The position numbers were made by a program, and so were the translations under genes. This document shows, piece by piece, positions 41,685 to 55,068 of a stretch of DNA of 64,000 nt. This DNA is from Chrysomallon squamiferum. Its lineage: Eukaryota > Animalia > Mollusca. How positions within the stretch are numbered: position 1 is the stretch's first letter; the number at the start of each line of letters is the position of its first letter. The stretch is from contig CM022672.1 in NCBI GenBank assembly GCA_012295275.1, forward strand, positions 33,852,001 through 33,916,000, in the 5' to 3' direction. The notes under the pieces were generated by a model. That model searched no databases. It was not told where the DNA came from and was given only the letters and a program-made list of their open reading frames with translations.

Positions 41685-42026
41685 GTAAACCCAACACCTG
41701 TGTGTTTACCTGTGTGCGTGTTTATCTGTTTTAGAGGAGTCGATTTTAGTGTTGAAAGATATGGAAATCATGAGATACGGAATGTTCTGTTTTGTTCTGT
41801 TTTGAGTAGTTTCACAGACAAAAAATGCACCCCCCTCACACACACACCTCCCCCACACAGATATACAGATGCAGATACACACAGACATACAGACCACTAA
41901 ATTCATCCATAACTAAATTATTCACCTTTGTTTAGATGTGTTCAGTAGGCTAAATAAAACTTTTAAAAGCATTCAAAAAAAACATCAAAAAGACCCAAAC
42001 AAGTTTGTCCATCAATATGTTTACGT

Positions 42027-42754
42027 GTATTATTACCTGTAATTTATTTATCTTTATTATTATCACTGTGTTATTACTTGTAATTTATTTATCTTTATTA
42101 TTATCACTGTATTTTTATCTGTAATTTATTTACCTTTATTATTATCACTGTATTATTACCTGTAATTTATTTATCTTTATTATTATCACTGTGTTATTAC
42201 TTGTAATTTATTTACCTTTGTTATTATTACTGTATTATTACTGTAATTTATTTACCTTTGTTATTATTACTGTATTATTACTGTAATTTATTTATCTTTA
42301 TTATTATCACTGTGTTTTTTATTTACCTTTATTATTATCACTGTATTATTATCTGTAATTTATTTACCTTTATTATTATCACTGTATTATTACTTGTAAT
42401 TTATTTACCTTTGTTATTATTACTGTATTATTACTGTAATTTATTTACCTTTATTATTATTACTGTATTTTTATCTGTAATTTATTTACCTTTATTATTA
42501 TCACTGTATTATTATCTGTAATTTATTTACCTTTATTATTATCACTGTATTATTACTGTAATTTATTTACCTTTATTATTATCACTGTATTATTATCTGC
42601 AATTTATTTATCTTTAATATTATCTCTGTATTATTATTACTTGTAATTTATTTACAGTTATTATCAGTGTATTATTACCTGTAATTTATTTATCTTTATT
42701 ATTATCAGTGTATTATTACCTGTAATTTGTTTACCTGTATTTGTTGTTTCCTAG
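42027..42754. repeat. ~41 bp minisatellite (tgtattattacctgtaatttatttacctttattattatcac), ~17 copies, abutting the NELFB exon 5 acceptor
   Basis: High-identity tandem copies are directly visible. Confidence 0.92.
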
Positions 42755-42898
42755 ATGCTGCCCACGTTGATTCACTGTGAAAACGACAGAGCGTTTGATG
42801 ACACTTTTCTTCACTCCCTCATCTCTCACCTCATTCAGATGTCAGACGAGTTCACTAATGATGATTTCTGTATCTGTGTGTTCGACGATTTCCTCTTG
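42755..42898 (+). CDS. NELFB: NELF-B coding exon 5 (MLPTLIHCENDRAFDDTFLHSL...FDDFLL)
   Basis: gtttcctag|ATG ... TTG|gtaatt; 144 bp; contains the conserved AF.D.FLH.L. Confidence 0.9.
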
Positions 42899-43275
42899 GT
42901 AATTAAAAATATTGTTGTTAATTATGATTTCGTTAAACTCCATATTTATGTTTGGTTGACCTACTGTTTGTAGTTATATTTCATTAAACTCCATACTTAT
43001 GTGTTTGATTGCCTTCCTGTTAGTAATTAGTGTTAATTATATTTTGTTAAATTTCATATCTGCACATTTGACTTACTTTTGTTGGTAATTAAAAATCGTA
43101 TTTTTAATTATGGTTTCATTAAACTCAATATTTGGTTTTGACCATATCTTGTTGGTAATTAAACAAATGATTGTTAATTATGGTTTCATTAAACTCCATG
43201 TTTGTGTGTTTGGTGACTTCTTGTTGGTATTAAAAACATTATTGTTGATTACTTAGATTTCAGTAAACTCCATAA
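42871..43275. repeat. ~70 bp degenerate tandem repeat made of the NELFB exon 5 end, the donor and the intron start
   Basis: ttggta(a)ttaaa occurs at 42896, 43082, 43152 and 43224, and taaactccata recurs. Confidence 0.8.
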
Positions 43276-43645
43276 TAGTTATATTTCATCACTGTTTATT
43301 TTTCATAATAAAATCATAATGGAAAAAAGGCAAGAATATTTTTATTATTTATACCTCTTTCTCTAGGTGATGCTTATTCATCATTTCTTGATTATATTTC
43401 AAAGATATATTAAAATGTTTTTTAGGAAAAATTATTTATGTGGATGTTGATAGCTAGGTGAAATTTGTATTAATACAAAATAACACAAGCATAATATTAA
43501 AAAATGTTTTTATTACATACAGTTTAATTGTTAAATGGTTTTAATTCAAGACAATTTTAATTATTAAATGTTTTTAACTTGAGACCATTCTAATTATTAA
43601 ATGTTTTTTTATTCAAGACAGTTAATTATTATTTTTCTTTTACAG

Positions 43646-43765
43646 ACTGGTTTGTCACGTGAAAATGTTCTTCGTCATCTGATGCGACTCATTTGGTTCG
43701 TTCATCCCAGATTATCTCGAAACAGACTTGACTTACTTCTGGAAATAATGCACCCGAATAATGAA
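43646..43765 (+). CDS. NELFB: NELF-B coding exon 6 (TGLSRENVLRHLMRLIWFVHPRL...PNNE)
   Basis: tttcttttacag|ACT ... GAA|gtaagg; 120 bp; contains the conserved ENV.RH..RL. Confidence 0.9.
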
Positions 43766-44519
43766 GTAAGGACAGAAGTTATTTCCCCTGTGCTGAGTTA
43801 CATATCAAGGACACGAGTTATGCCCCTTTAGTCAACATCAACAAAGAATTATTGTTTTACATCAAAATATAAATCAATTCCATGGAAGAATATAAAAATG
43901 TTTTGTATATAATTATTTGAAACTGTTACATGTTAACAAAAATAACTAAAACAATCACTTATTTTTGTTACTAAAATTAATTTTTGTAATATCAAAGAGG
44001 TGATATAAAAAAAAAACATCATTTGCAGATTTACATTAAAAATTTGTTTATTGCTTTTATATATTTTAATTTTTTATTTCTTTTCTTTTATTAATTTTAT
44101 TTTATATTATTTTATCACATATATATTTTTAATTTTTTAATTTTATTTGATCATATATTTTATTTGATCATATATTTTATTTATTATTTCTTTTCTTTTA
44201 TTTTCTTTTTTTTTTTTTTTATTCTTTTTTTATTGTATTTTATTTTATTTTATATTATTTTATCTATTATATTATTTTTATATTATTTCATTTTTTTTTA
44301 TTATTTTCTGTCATTTTTTATTTTATTTTATATTATTTTATCTCTATTATTATTTTTTAAATTTATTTTACTTACTTATATTATTTATTTTATCATATTT
44401 TATTATACATTATTTTATTTTATTTTGTTGCTATATTAAAATATATTATATTATATTATATTTTGTCATGTTTTTATTTTATGTTATTTTATGTTATTTT
44501 ATTTTGTTTGTTTTTTCAG

Positions 44520-44666
44520 CACAGTGATATTGTACACAGCACATTTAAGCAGCTCTCAGAAAAAATAGCCTCATACGAACCAAGCCCAGTAATAGCTCCC
44601 GAACAACTCGATTCACCTTTGATGAGTGTACCTGCACCTACACCTGGAATTCCAGACAAGGTGTAA
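44520..44666 (+). CDS. NELFB: NELF-B terminal coding exon 7 (HSDIVHSTF...LDSPLMSVPAPTPGIPDKV-stop)
   Basis: ttttttcag|CAC, with TAA at 44664-44666. The Pro-rich tail resembles vertebrate NELF-B. The total CDS is 1719 bp (572 aa). Confidence 0.88.
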   Translation, partial: HSDIVHSTFKQLSEKIASYEPSPVIAPEQLDSPLMSVPAPTPGIPDKV

Positions 44667-44822
44667 TCACTACAATAAATGTAATTACAAAGAATAAGCA
44701 ATGTAATTAAAACAATATAAAATTTTCACTGTCAGTTGTTTGTTTCAGTTCTGATGAACAAGCAGTTGGATATGTTCATTCCTTTTATTTTTAATCATGA
44801 CTGATGCAAATTGTACGTTTTG

Positions 44823-44935
44823 TATTCAGTACCATTTGAGTACTCATAAGCTATCTATTTTGTAACTATTCAGTACCATTTGAGTAGACACAAGCTGCCT
44901 AGTTTGTAAATATTCAATATCATTTGAGTACTCAA
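44823..44935. repeat. 44 bp tandem repeat x3 downstream of the NELFB stop
   Basis: tattcagtaccatttgagta occurs at ~44823, ~44867 and ~44911. Confidence 0.75.
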
Positions 44936-46094
44936 AATTTATATATTGAATAGTCATTGAGAACTTGCTCATTGCTTTTGTTTATGTGACATATTCATGG
45001 AATTTAAAAATTAATTTTTTATTTTGTGAATCTTTGATATTTTATGAGAATCAAAATTTATATTCTGTTTTTTTTTTTTTTTTTACTGAACTTTTACAAT
45101 GTTTTTTAATCATAAAAGTATTAAAATAATTTTGTAATTAATGTTTCTCCTCAACAGAAATCTTCCAAAACAAGAATTTAAGACATATTTAGATTTTTAA
45201 TTTTTTTTTTTTTTTTTTTTAAAGGGTACAAAAAGTAATATGAAACAGGAAATTTGAAATTTGTTTCTCTTTATGACTGCTAATGAGTTAGTGGTGAAAC
45301 CTGAACTTGTAAACTGTTACTTAGATGTAACAAAAACTGATATGAGAGTAACTTAATGCTGTAACTTCAAGGAAGAAGATACATTTTTATGGTCATGCAC
45401 ATTCCCATTGAGAATTTCGTACATGCTGAATATCATGTGACATCACGTTTTTGCACATTTATCATATTATAAAATTATCATTTCTATTTTGATATATTTT
45501 TTTCCTTTTTATTGACATATAATGAATAAAATATTCTCAACTGAATTAAAAAAAGCCTGGTCAGAAAGTCATGGCTCATAAATTATGAAATTTTTATGTC
45601 CATGTTTTATGGATTCTGAAGTTAAAACCAGACAAGACAAATGTTTCCTTAGAGATATTTAACGCAGAGAAAAAGTGAAGTGGCAGGCAAATGAACAAAA
45701 TAATAAATTTTGATTTTAATTATAGCCAATGTTTCTACACATTTCTACTAAAATTATTAGTTATGAACATGATTTTATTTAAATTAAATTATAAAATATA
45801 TTTTTTATTTTAATACTAGTTACCAAAGGTAATTTTGTTTTAAATATTAATTAACATTTTTTTTTTTTTTTTATTATTATGTTTTAAAAATGTATTATTA
45901 TTATTATTACTGTTTTTGTTGTTGTTGTTGATGATGATGATGATGTTGGTGTTGGTGTTGTTGTTCTTATCAGGTGTTATTTATTTATTTATTTATTTCA
46001 TAAATTTAAAAATAAATCATGATAATAAATTAATTTGTTTTAAAAATACGATTTTAATTATTAATTATCAAGTTACTGGTAACATCTATGAAAA

Positions 46095-46271
46095 ACAAGC
46101 CTATGGCAAGCACTGAAATTGTGCCCCAATCCAAAAATCTGAGAAATACCTTTAACATAAAATTAGCGTAAAAAAAATACCAGTCGACTTTAACAGAAAC
46201 ATGTACAATGGCGACTTTCATGTTAGGCGCTGAGCACGTGCCATACTTGCCACACCTTAGTTTCACCACTG
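46095..46271 (-). mobile_element. Possible decayed non-autonomous DNA element (MITE-like) fragment
   Basis: The minus strand begins cagtggtgaaactaaggtgtggcaagtatggcacgtgctcagcgcc, resembling from memory the CAGTGGCG..-type MITE ends common in invertebrates. No TSD was found. Confidence 0.3.
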
Positions 46272-47679
46272 GTTACCAAGCATAATTTCATTTTAATTAA
46301 TAGCTACCGCAAAGATGTTTTTACAGGTCATTGTTGTCAAATATTAAAAGAGCGGAAACCCACCATCATTGATTATTTGATTGACTTTTAATTGCAGCAA
46401 ACCGCTTTTTAAATGCATATTTGTGAATACGCATGTCCAACTAATTAAAGTAATAAATGAATCGTTACTTAAGAATGAACACATCAAGATTTTTGGTAAA
46501 ACGGTTTCTGACTTGAACTAAGAATAGGGCTAATAATAAAATTAAATAAAATATCTGGTGCTTTTTAAATATGAAAATTATTATTATTATTATTATTTTT
46601 TTTATTATTATTTTCCACATTAACAGTTAATATATCTATACTAGTTAGTTTAAACTCATTTAATTACAATCTTAACAAGTTTTCATAATTATGTAAATAA
46701 AAATAAACGTTTATGGATTTAACGAGTGTTGCTTTTATGTGTTTACGAAATAAATTTATTTTATGTTCCTGTAATAAAAACAGCTTATATATTTTGCTTA
46801 AATCATTTAACGCGATTTTCTTACATTCGTTTTCAAACTGAAATAAAACGATTCTGTTTTTCTGTTTAGAGTCAATTATGAGTTTAGTTTCATTATTAAA
46901 TTAGTATTTATTTATTTATGTAGTCCAAAGAAAACAGTGGTATTTATCTGAGATTTAAAAGCTCTTTTTATCTGTTTTAACCTTTCTTTTAGGGGGGAAA
47001 AAACATTTAAAAAAAAGGGAAAAAAGAAGAAGAAAAAAACGTTATGACATCTTTTTTCCATTTACTAACAGATGTGCAATTCGAAACATGCGTAAAAGAG
47101 ATCTAATCTATTTTTAATTTCCTAAGATGACTCGTGAATTGAGAAAAGGCGGGAACTTTCGATGTGACGTGTACGATTTTGCAGACGAAGTGAATTTAAG
47201 ATCAAAATATAGTTAGCAAAAATATATCGCCGGACTAGATGAGAATGAAACAAAAAAAAAAAAAAAAAAAAAAAATAATAATAATAATAATAATAATAAA
47301 AATAAATAAATAGATATGACGTAAAATATAGTTAAAAATTTAGTTATTTATTTCACTTTTAGAGAACAAGAAGTTGGATATGGTCGTTACATCCAGTATG
47401 TTGTACAGTTTAAACAGATGTGGTTTGGTTCTGGTTGAACGCGAAGTAAACCGTGCTTTTCTAATCATTATTAATTATTAATATATCATGTCACAAGAGA
47501 AAAGAAAAAAGAAAAAAGAAGATGATTAGGATAATGAAGAAAAGATGTGGCGAAATGTCTACAAAAGTAATAAAAAAGACGGAAGCAGCGAAAGATATAA
47601 ATACTATTATACAAAGAAAATTAGCGCGATACTGTATAATTTGATTCTTATAAATAAATAAATGTTTAAATAAATATTA

Positions 47680-47723
<44 letters not shown>

Positions 47724-48439
47724 CAGTAGTAGTAGTGGTAGTAGGTAGCAGTCGAACTTTTAAAATTATAAAAAAGTGAACTATGTGTTTTTTTAAAACA
47801 AATTAGTCTGATTGATTTAAAAAAATAATAAATAAATTAATAAATAATTAAATGAATAAATAAATAACTAAAAAAATATAAAAAAAAAAAAATAAAAAAA
47901 GATAAAATAAACAGAAAAAATATAAAAGAAGAAAAACACATAAACAATAATAAAGAAATAAAGAAAGAAACACAATAAATAAATAAACAAATAAATAAAT
48001 ACAATAGATAAAACAAAATAAAAATTAGAAATACATATAACACTCAAAATTATATTTCACTAAAATATAAAAATGTTTAATTAAATTTTAAATTTACATA
48101 TCTTTATATTCATACATTTTTTACCTTCACAGTCTTCTGTATTTTATAACTTTAATATCACATATTGACAACGTGCATTTAAATTATTTTGTCTGTATTT
48201 TGTCGCGTCTTTGTATGTGCATGCGTGCAATGTATGTCTGTGTGTCTGTGTGTATGTGTGTGTGTGTGCGCGCGCTAATTGTAACATACAAAGGCCTTTT
48301 GATTTATGGAAAGATGAATGTAATAAATTTCTTATTATTATCATAAAACAGTAATAAACAAATATTATGAAAAGATAAACATAAAAAATGTCTTATTATC
48401 AGTAATAAACAAATAAGTCTCAGTAAACTATTCTTTGCT

Positions 48440-48647
48440 TGGCTACGGCCCAATGTGTCGCGTGTGTCCCATGCTTGTTAAACTGATATGCAACAGGTAT
48501 TGTATGAATTGTGACCTTCACCTTGTGACAGACGAAACTGGCGCTTGAGGACAGGTAACCTGAAAGCAAACTTGATTTCGTTGCGATTGTCAACACTTCT
48601 TCATTAACCTGTGGATTACCTGAGTTTTACACGTGTTTTTGGTGAGT
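48440..48647 (+). promoter_or_regulatory. Candidate promoter and non-coding first exon of a further gene
   Basis: Unique, CpG-containing sequence with CCAAT at 48450, an imperfect palindrome GTTGCGATTGTCAAC at 48580-48594, and a strong donor ttg|gtgagt at 48642. Confidence 0.35.
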
Positions 48648-50087
48648 CCACCTTTTATTAACAACAACAATAATAATAATCATGTAAAATGTTTATAACG
48701 GTGTTACAAATTGCACTGGTTTTCTTGCTTTGGTACAATACCGCGTGATTATTGTACTAGTGTATGTCGCTTGGATTAAAATACACAGACTATTAAACAG
48801 AGGTATTTAAAACATTTGATGTCTTTCAAAAAACGAACTGCATTTAATCGTCTGGTTGTTTCTGTTCTAAACATGCTTGCAGAGATCAGCTATTAATAAT
48901 AAACATCGTTATTAAACAAATTTCTTTTGTAAATAATTATGCAACAGGTCAAAAAAAAAACCTTCTAGCATTTCCGACAATTGCGGCTAAAATATTTTTA
49001 ATTATTTGTTTAAATGATAATGCGAAATGTCGAAGGCATGCATGCACGCACGCACGCAAGCGCACATGCAATAGGCATATGCACTCATAATGATAAAAGA
49101 TGTCATACCCATAAATATATATTTTACATATCTTAATGTGATTTTAAAAAATTAACTGAAAATTAAAAAAAAAAACCCCAAAAACCACCCAGGCAAAATC
49201 ACAACACAACAAAAATTCAAGACTTCAGTATCAAGATACAAATCTCTTTGGATGCCATGCCATGCATTTTTCTAACAAGAAACAAAAACAAAAACCGCAA
49301 AATCCAAGAACAGAATAACATATTCTGACACAGTGTTTGGTGTTTTAACTGAAAACATGCCTGTTTTTCAATTGTCACTTGACAGGTATTGTTTGTTTTC
49401 AGTAAACACCCTTGTTTGCTTTGTGGCTGTTGGTGTTGCAGTGTTTGCATTGTGGATAACAGCTACATTCACAACTTCCTAACATACCAGTTCATTTACA
49501 ACAAAATATAAGTAGATATAGATGCATGCTTCATGAATATACACTGAAACACATACAAACTACAAACACACACATACAAACATACACATGAACATATAAA
49601 CATACAAATGAACATTCATACACATACAAATAAACATGTAAACACACACACATGAACAGACATATACATACACAAAAACACATATACACACATATGCAAA
49701 TATACACACAGAAAAACATACAGACATGCACATATAAATACACACAACTCACATACATACATTCTCAAAACACATATACAACATATATATATATATGTGT
49801 GTGTGTGCGTGTATGTGTTATATTACACACACACATAATCATGTCTAGTTAAGACTTTGGTTATTTAGTGGCTACAGAATACAGAAACCCCCTCCCAAGA
49901 GAATAAGTGAAAAGTATTTTTATTTGTGAGAGCTGAATCAAAGCTCAAGTCTTCTAAATTATCTTTGGCAGTAGTGATTGAGATTGTAAACAATTTACAA
50001 TTTACTGATACATTGTAGAAATAACTTCCATGGGAGTTTTCTGTTTTTAATTAGAAAGAAATTATATTATATTACTGTGGAGAGTTT

Positions 50088-50143
<56 letters not shown>

Positions 50144-50146
50144 GTG

Positions 50147-50194
<48 letters not shown>

Positions 50195-50814
50195 ATATAT
50201 ATATATATACATGTACACATGTATATGAATTCTGTGCATATGTTTAAAATATTAATATATTTACTGTTCTGTGCATATTTAAATATTAAACTGTTTATTA
50301 CAATGCAAATTTTTGAACAGACATTATTAACACGGTTTCTTTATGATTGTTAAACAGCATTATACTTCAGTGAAAGCACAAGCTATTAATTAACTAAACA
50401 AAAGGTGTGGTCTACCAAACAGACAGTGTTTATAAAACACAACATTACTAACATTCTTGTCTGTGATAAATAACTGTGTTGTCAACAACATATTACACAA
50501 AAATAATCATATACATTCACTGATACCTTTATTTGTAGGAAAAAAACTGTAAAAATGAAGCCTGTGATGTGATGTACCTGTGTAATTAATTATACAAGAG
50601 ATGGTTTTTTAAAAACAAGTTTATTTTTAACATTCTTTTGAATAATTCATTGTTTTGACAGCTATAGTTTTGTACAATACAACAACCCATTACACAAAGT
50701 AATCAGATACATTAACAGATAGGGTTTATTTTTAAGGAAGATTTGTTAATAAAACATGTAACACAATACATGCTTATAAATTATACATGAGAGCTCTATA
50801 CTTGTATATATTAT

Positions 50815-51135
50815 AGATGAGAATGCAGCATACCTGTATAAATTATACCTGAGATGTACCATACCTGTATAAAGTATATATATACAAGATGTAGTATACC
50901 AAAATTATACCTGAGATGCAGTATACCTGTATAAAGTATATACAAGATGCAGTATACCAATATTATACCTGAGATGCAGTATACCTGTATAAAGTATATT
51001 CAAGATGCAGTATACCAATATTATAAAGTGTATTCAAGATGCAGTATACCTGTATAAAGTATATTCAAGATGCAGTATACCTGTATAAATTATACCTGAA
51101 ATGCAATATACCTGTATATTTTATAAATGAGATAC
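50815..51135. repeat. Minisatellite with alternating ~23/30 bp units (gatgcagtatacc)
   Basis: The gatgcagtatacc core is repeated about 10 times. Confidence 0.85.
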
Positions 51136-52020
51136 TTTCTTAACATAAAAGCTAATTGCTGATAATAGACTGTTTCTCTGATTTGATTATTTGTAGTAGT
51201 GTGAAACAGGGAGTGGGGATTTGACAGTGAAAATAAATACCTGTACAATATTAGTCTGGGACCTGTCCAGGCTTTAATTTACTGTAGGTGTGTATACAGG
51301 TGTGTTCTGAAAGGTGTTACAGATATTTCAGGTGTGTTTTAGAAAATACAGATGATATAGATAGTTTGAGTGTGTCTTGATGTCCGTGGAAGCTCCGATT
51401 TCGACTCCCCTACTGCGATGTTGTTTGCTGATGAAAATGCAACCACTGCCGTCTGTACAGAGAAAAAACATCGTGACCTGTTCATGTCAAGTTTTAAAGT
51501 GATACGATCATAAATAATTAAATTATTCCACTTTGTATCAAAGAGATAATTCCGTTAGTATTTCATTGGTGCGCTTTATCTTGTATAGATGTTACAAATA
51601 GTTCTGGTGTGTGTTACAAGATAATAGATGTTACAGATAGTTCAGCTAGGTGTTACATATGTACTATAGGTGTCATAGGTAAATCTGGTATATTACAAGC
51701 ATGCTATAGTAACCTAGGTATGTTACAGATATAATCTATGTGTTACAGGTAAATCTGGTATAATTATAAGAATGCTATAATAACTTAGATGGAGTATAGA
51801 TTGTTCTGGATATGTTATGTGTTACTAAATTATGATGCACATTATTTTAGTGAGATTCTGAATATTTCGTAAATTTCTGTATCTTTTTCCTGGTCATTAA
51901 TTATGTTGTTTAAAAACTATGTTGAGAAAGTCACAAAACCAACAGAAATATTTTTTTATTTGAAAGTTCTATATCATTATTCTTTGAAATATATACATAT
52001 ATGTATGCATATCTTCCATC

Positions 52021-52061
<41 letters not shown>

Positions 52062-53904
52062 TATTTATGAACTTGTCAACTTATATTTTATTTCATCGGA
52101 GTTAGGCTCACTGTCTTGTTCTCAATAATATATCATACATGTGTGTATATGTGTGTGTGTGTGTGTGTATGTCTGTCTGTCTATATACATACAGAAAGAG
52201 AGAGAGAGATATTGATTATATATGTTATTGTCATTACAGCATATGGTGCAGTGTTGACAACAGTAACTTATAGTTTACAGTGAACACTTACAGAACCAGG
52301 AAGTGAAAGGTTACTGGTGTTAAAACATTAATGAACTGTTTTATTATAAAAACTCTTCTCTGGATTAGTGTTGTTAGGTTATGTCACAGACAATGTACAA
52401 CTTAATTAATGACTTGCTTTGAGATTTATGAAACGTACCAGACGTATTTTAAATATAAATTAAAATAATGATAATGATGATGATGATATTATAATTATTT
52501 ATTATTGTTTATGATGATGACAACAGTAATAACAGTAAAACAATAAATGATGATAAAGATAAATATATAAATAAATAAATAAAATAAATAAATATAAATA
52601 AATAAAAAAAAAAAATAAATGAAAAATAAATAAATAAGCAATACATAAAATGAAAAATAAATAAATAAATATAATAAATAATATATAAATAAATAAATAA
52701 ATAAAATAAAAAAAATAATAAATATATAAATAAATATAAAACAAATAAATAAATAAAATAAAAAAAAATAAAAAATGTAAAAACAAACATAAAACAAACA
52801 AACAAATAAAATAAAAACAAAAAAAATAAAAAAAAAATTACTGCCATTTTATTTACTCTTCTCAGTTTTGTTTTTCTTACAGTCACTTTTACTCTGTTAT
52901 TTCATGTGTTGCTGTTTTAAACGAATACACAGACCCACACACTTGACACTTCGGAATCAGTTAAAACTTATTTAGGCATCCATTTTACCAAGATGTCTGC
53001 TTCAGATTTGAGTTTCTGTGGCTCCACTTGGGTGAGCTGGGAATGAAATGAACCACAAAGCCTCATTATGGGAGATGTGAAACGATTTAAACATTCACTT
53101 GACGTCTGCTCAAGTGTCGGCCATAATTGTCATTCTCCAAAACATCTGGCCAGAATGCGAAAAAAGAAAAAAAATTGTAGAAAGTAGAAAGACAAACAGA
53201 AAGAAAAAGAAAAGAAAGAAGAAAGAAAACAGAAAGAAATAATAAGAAAATGGTAATAAAATGGTAATAAACAGAAGAAAAAAAGAATTTAAAAATTTTA
53301 TAAAAGAACAAACATGGTAAAAAGTTAAAAATATAGTGAAAAGTAAAAAAAAAAAAAAAAAAAAAAATTAAAAGACTAGAATTTGTGTAAACAATAAACT
53401 TTTTTTTTAAAGAGTTAAAAAATGTAAAAATGAAAAATGAAAAAGACAAAGGTTAAAAAGGAAAATAAGTAAAAAAATGAAAAAAAAAGTAAAAAAAAAA
53501 ATAAGTAAAAGACTAAAGTTAAGACAGAAATTGAAGTGACAAAAGTAAAAGAAACATAAAAAAAAAAAAAAAAAAAAATTCACACATAAGTTTACAAAAC
53601 CCCCCCCCCTCCAACATTCCTGGTGTTGAAACAAATGGTAAAAGTTTAAAGATGAGAGAGAGAGAAAAAACCAAAACAGGTTCCCAAAAAAAAAAAAAAA
53701 AGGTGTAAAAAGAAAATCCTGTCAGGTCTGGTTTGGTTCATGTAGAAGTCTTGTAGCCTGTCTGCATCTTTCAGAGTGAGTCACTGACAAATACAGATTA
53801 CAGGAACAGCCTGGGGGGGAGGGGGGGGGTACTTACAGGGTCAGAGTCCTCTGTGGGTTACATACCTTTCACTGAAAATCTTACTCATGCAAAAACCACA
53901 AAAA

Positions 53905-53907
<3 letters not shown>

Positions 53908-53972
<65 letters not shown>
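53908..53972. repeat. (TC)n microsatellite
   Basis: Perfect dinucleotide run. Confidence 0.95.
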
Positions 53973-53975
<3 letters not shown>

Positions 53976-54714
53976 CAGTCATCTTTAAATCACTCTGAGT
54001 ACAACATTATTTTCCAAACTGGTTAAATCTGCAAAAGTCAGATACTTCTGATACTTATTCCTATTTTATAAACATAATCTTAAAACATAATTGTTATTAT
54101 TATTATTAAAAGTAGTAGTAGAAGTAGTAATAGTAGTAGAAGTAGTAGCAGTAGTCATATTTTGGCAAGGAAATGAATTTAAAAACAATGATGAACTGTC
54201 AAAATGTTGAAAACCTGTAATGGAATGTTTGTTTCAATTCTGCTCCAACAAGATTCAATTTCGTTTTTCATTTTTTTCTTTTTTGACTCAATCTGTGTTA
54301 GATAATCACCTATTTTCATTATCATCATATTACTTTTACCTTCACCTGTACTCTCTATCTTCAGGTAACAAAATAACAGAATTCATATTATTTTATTTTA
54401 TTTTTTATTATTTTTTTTTTTTGTTGTTTATTTTTTTCTAAACTCTATAATGATATGAAAACAACTATTCAGGATGGAAAAAAAAAAAAAAAAAAAAAGA
54501 GATAAAGAAGTATATATAAAATTGCAATAAATCTTACATTACATTAAAAAGTCTGTAAGATAAAAAAAAGAAATGTAATTGAAAGATTAAAGATAAACTT
54601 ACCTGTCAGTCAAAGATAATTTTACTCTTTGATGTTAACGAGGTACAAACCAGCATTCACTGGTAAATATAGAAAAGTGAAACACACAGTGTCTACTGAT
54701 ACAAATGTTAAAAC

Positions 54715-55068
54715 AGGTTTCTACTCTAGTGTACATACAGATTTATAACAAGTGTATTCTGGGATATGTTTTATATATCAGGTTTCTACTCTATTGTATA
54801 TTAAGATTTATAACAAGTGTTTTATGGGATATATAATATATAATATCAGGTTTCTACTGTATTGTACATTAAGACTTATAACAAGTGTATTCTGGGATAT
54901 GTCTTGTAGAATATCAGGTTTCTGCTCTAGTCTACATTAAGATTATAAAAAGTGTATTCTGGGATATGTCTTATATAATATCAGGTTTCTTCTATATTCA
55001 TCAGGTTTCTCTACATTATTCATCAAGATTATAAATATTATAACAAGTGTATTCTGGGATATGTCATA
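54715..55068. repeat. ~65 bp minisatellite, ~5 copies
   Basis: caggtttctactcta...ataacaagtgtattctgggatatgt is repeated. Confidence 0.85.

Noticed and set aside
45290-46270. 11 bp inverted repeat AGTGGTGAAAC...GTTTCACCACT as transposon TIRs
   Set aside because: The match does not extend, there is no target-site duplication, and the interior is ordinary AT-rich sequence. It is probably chance.
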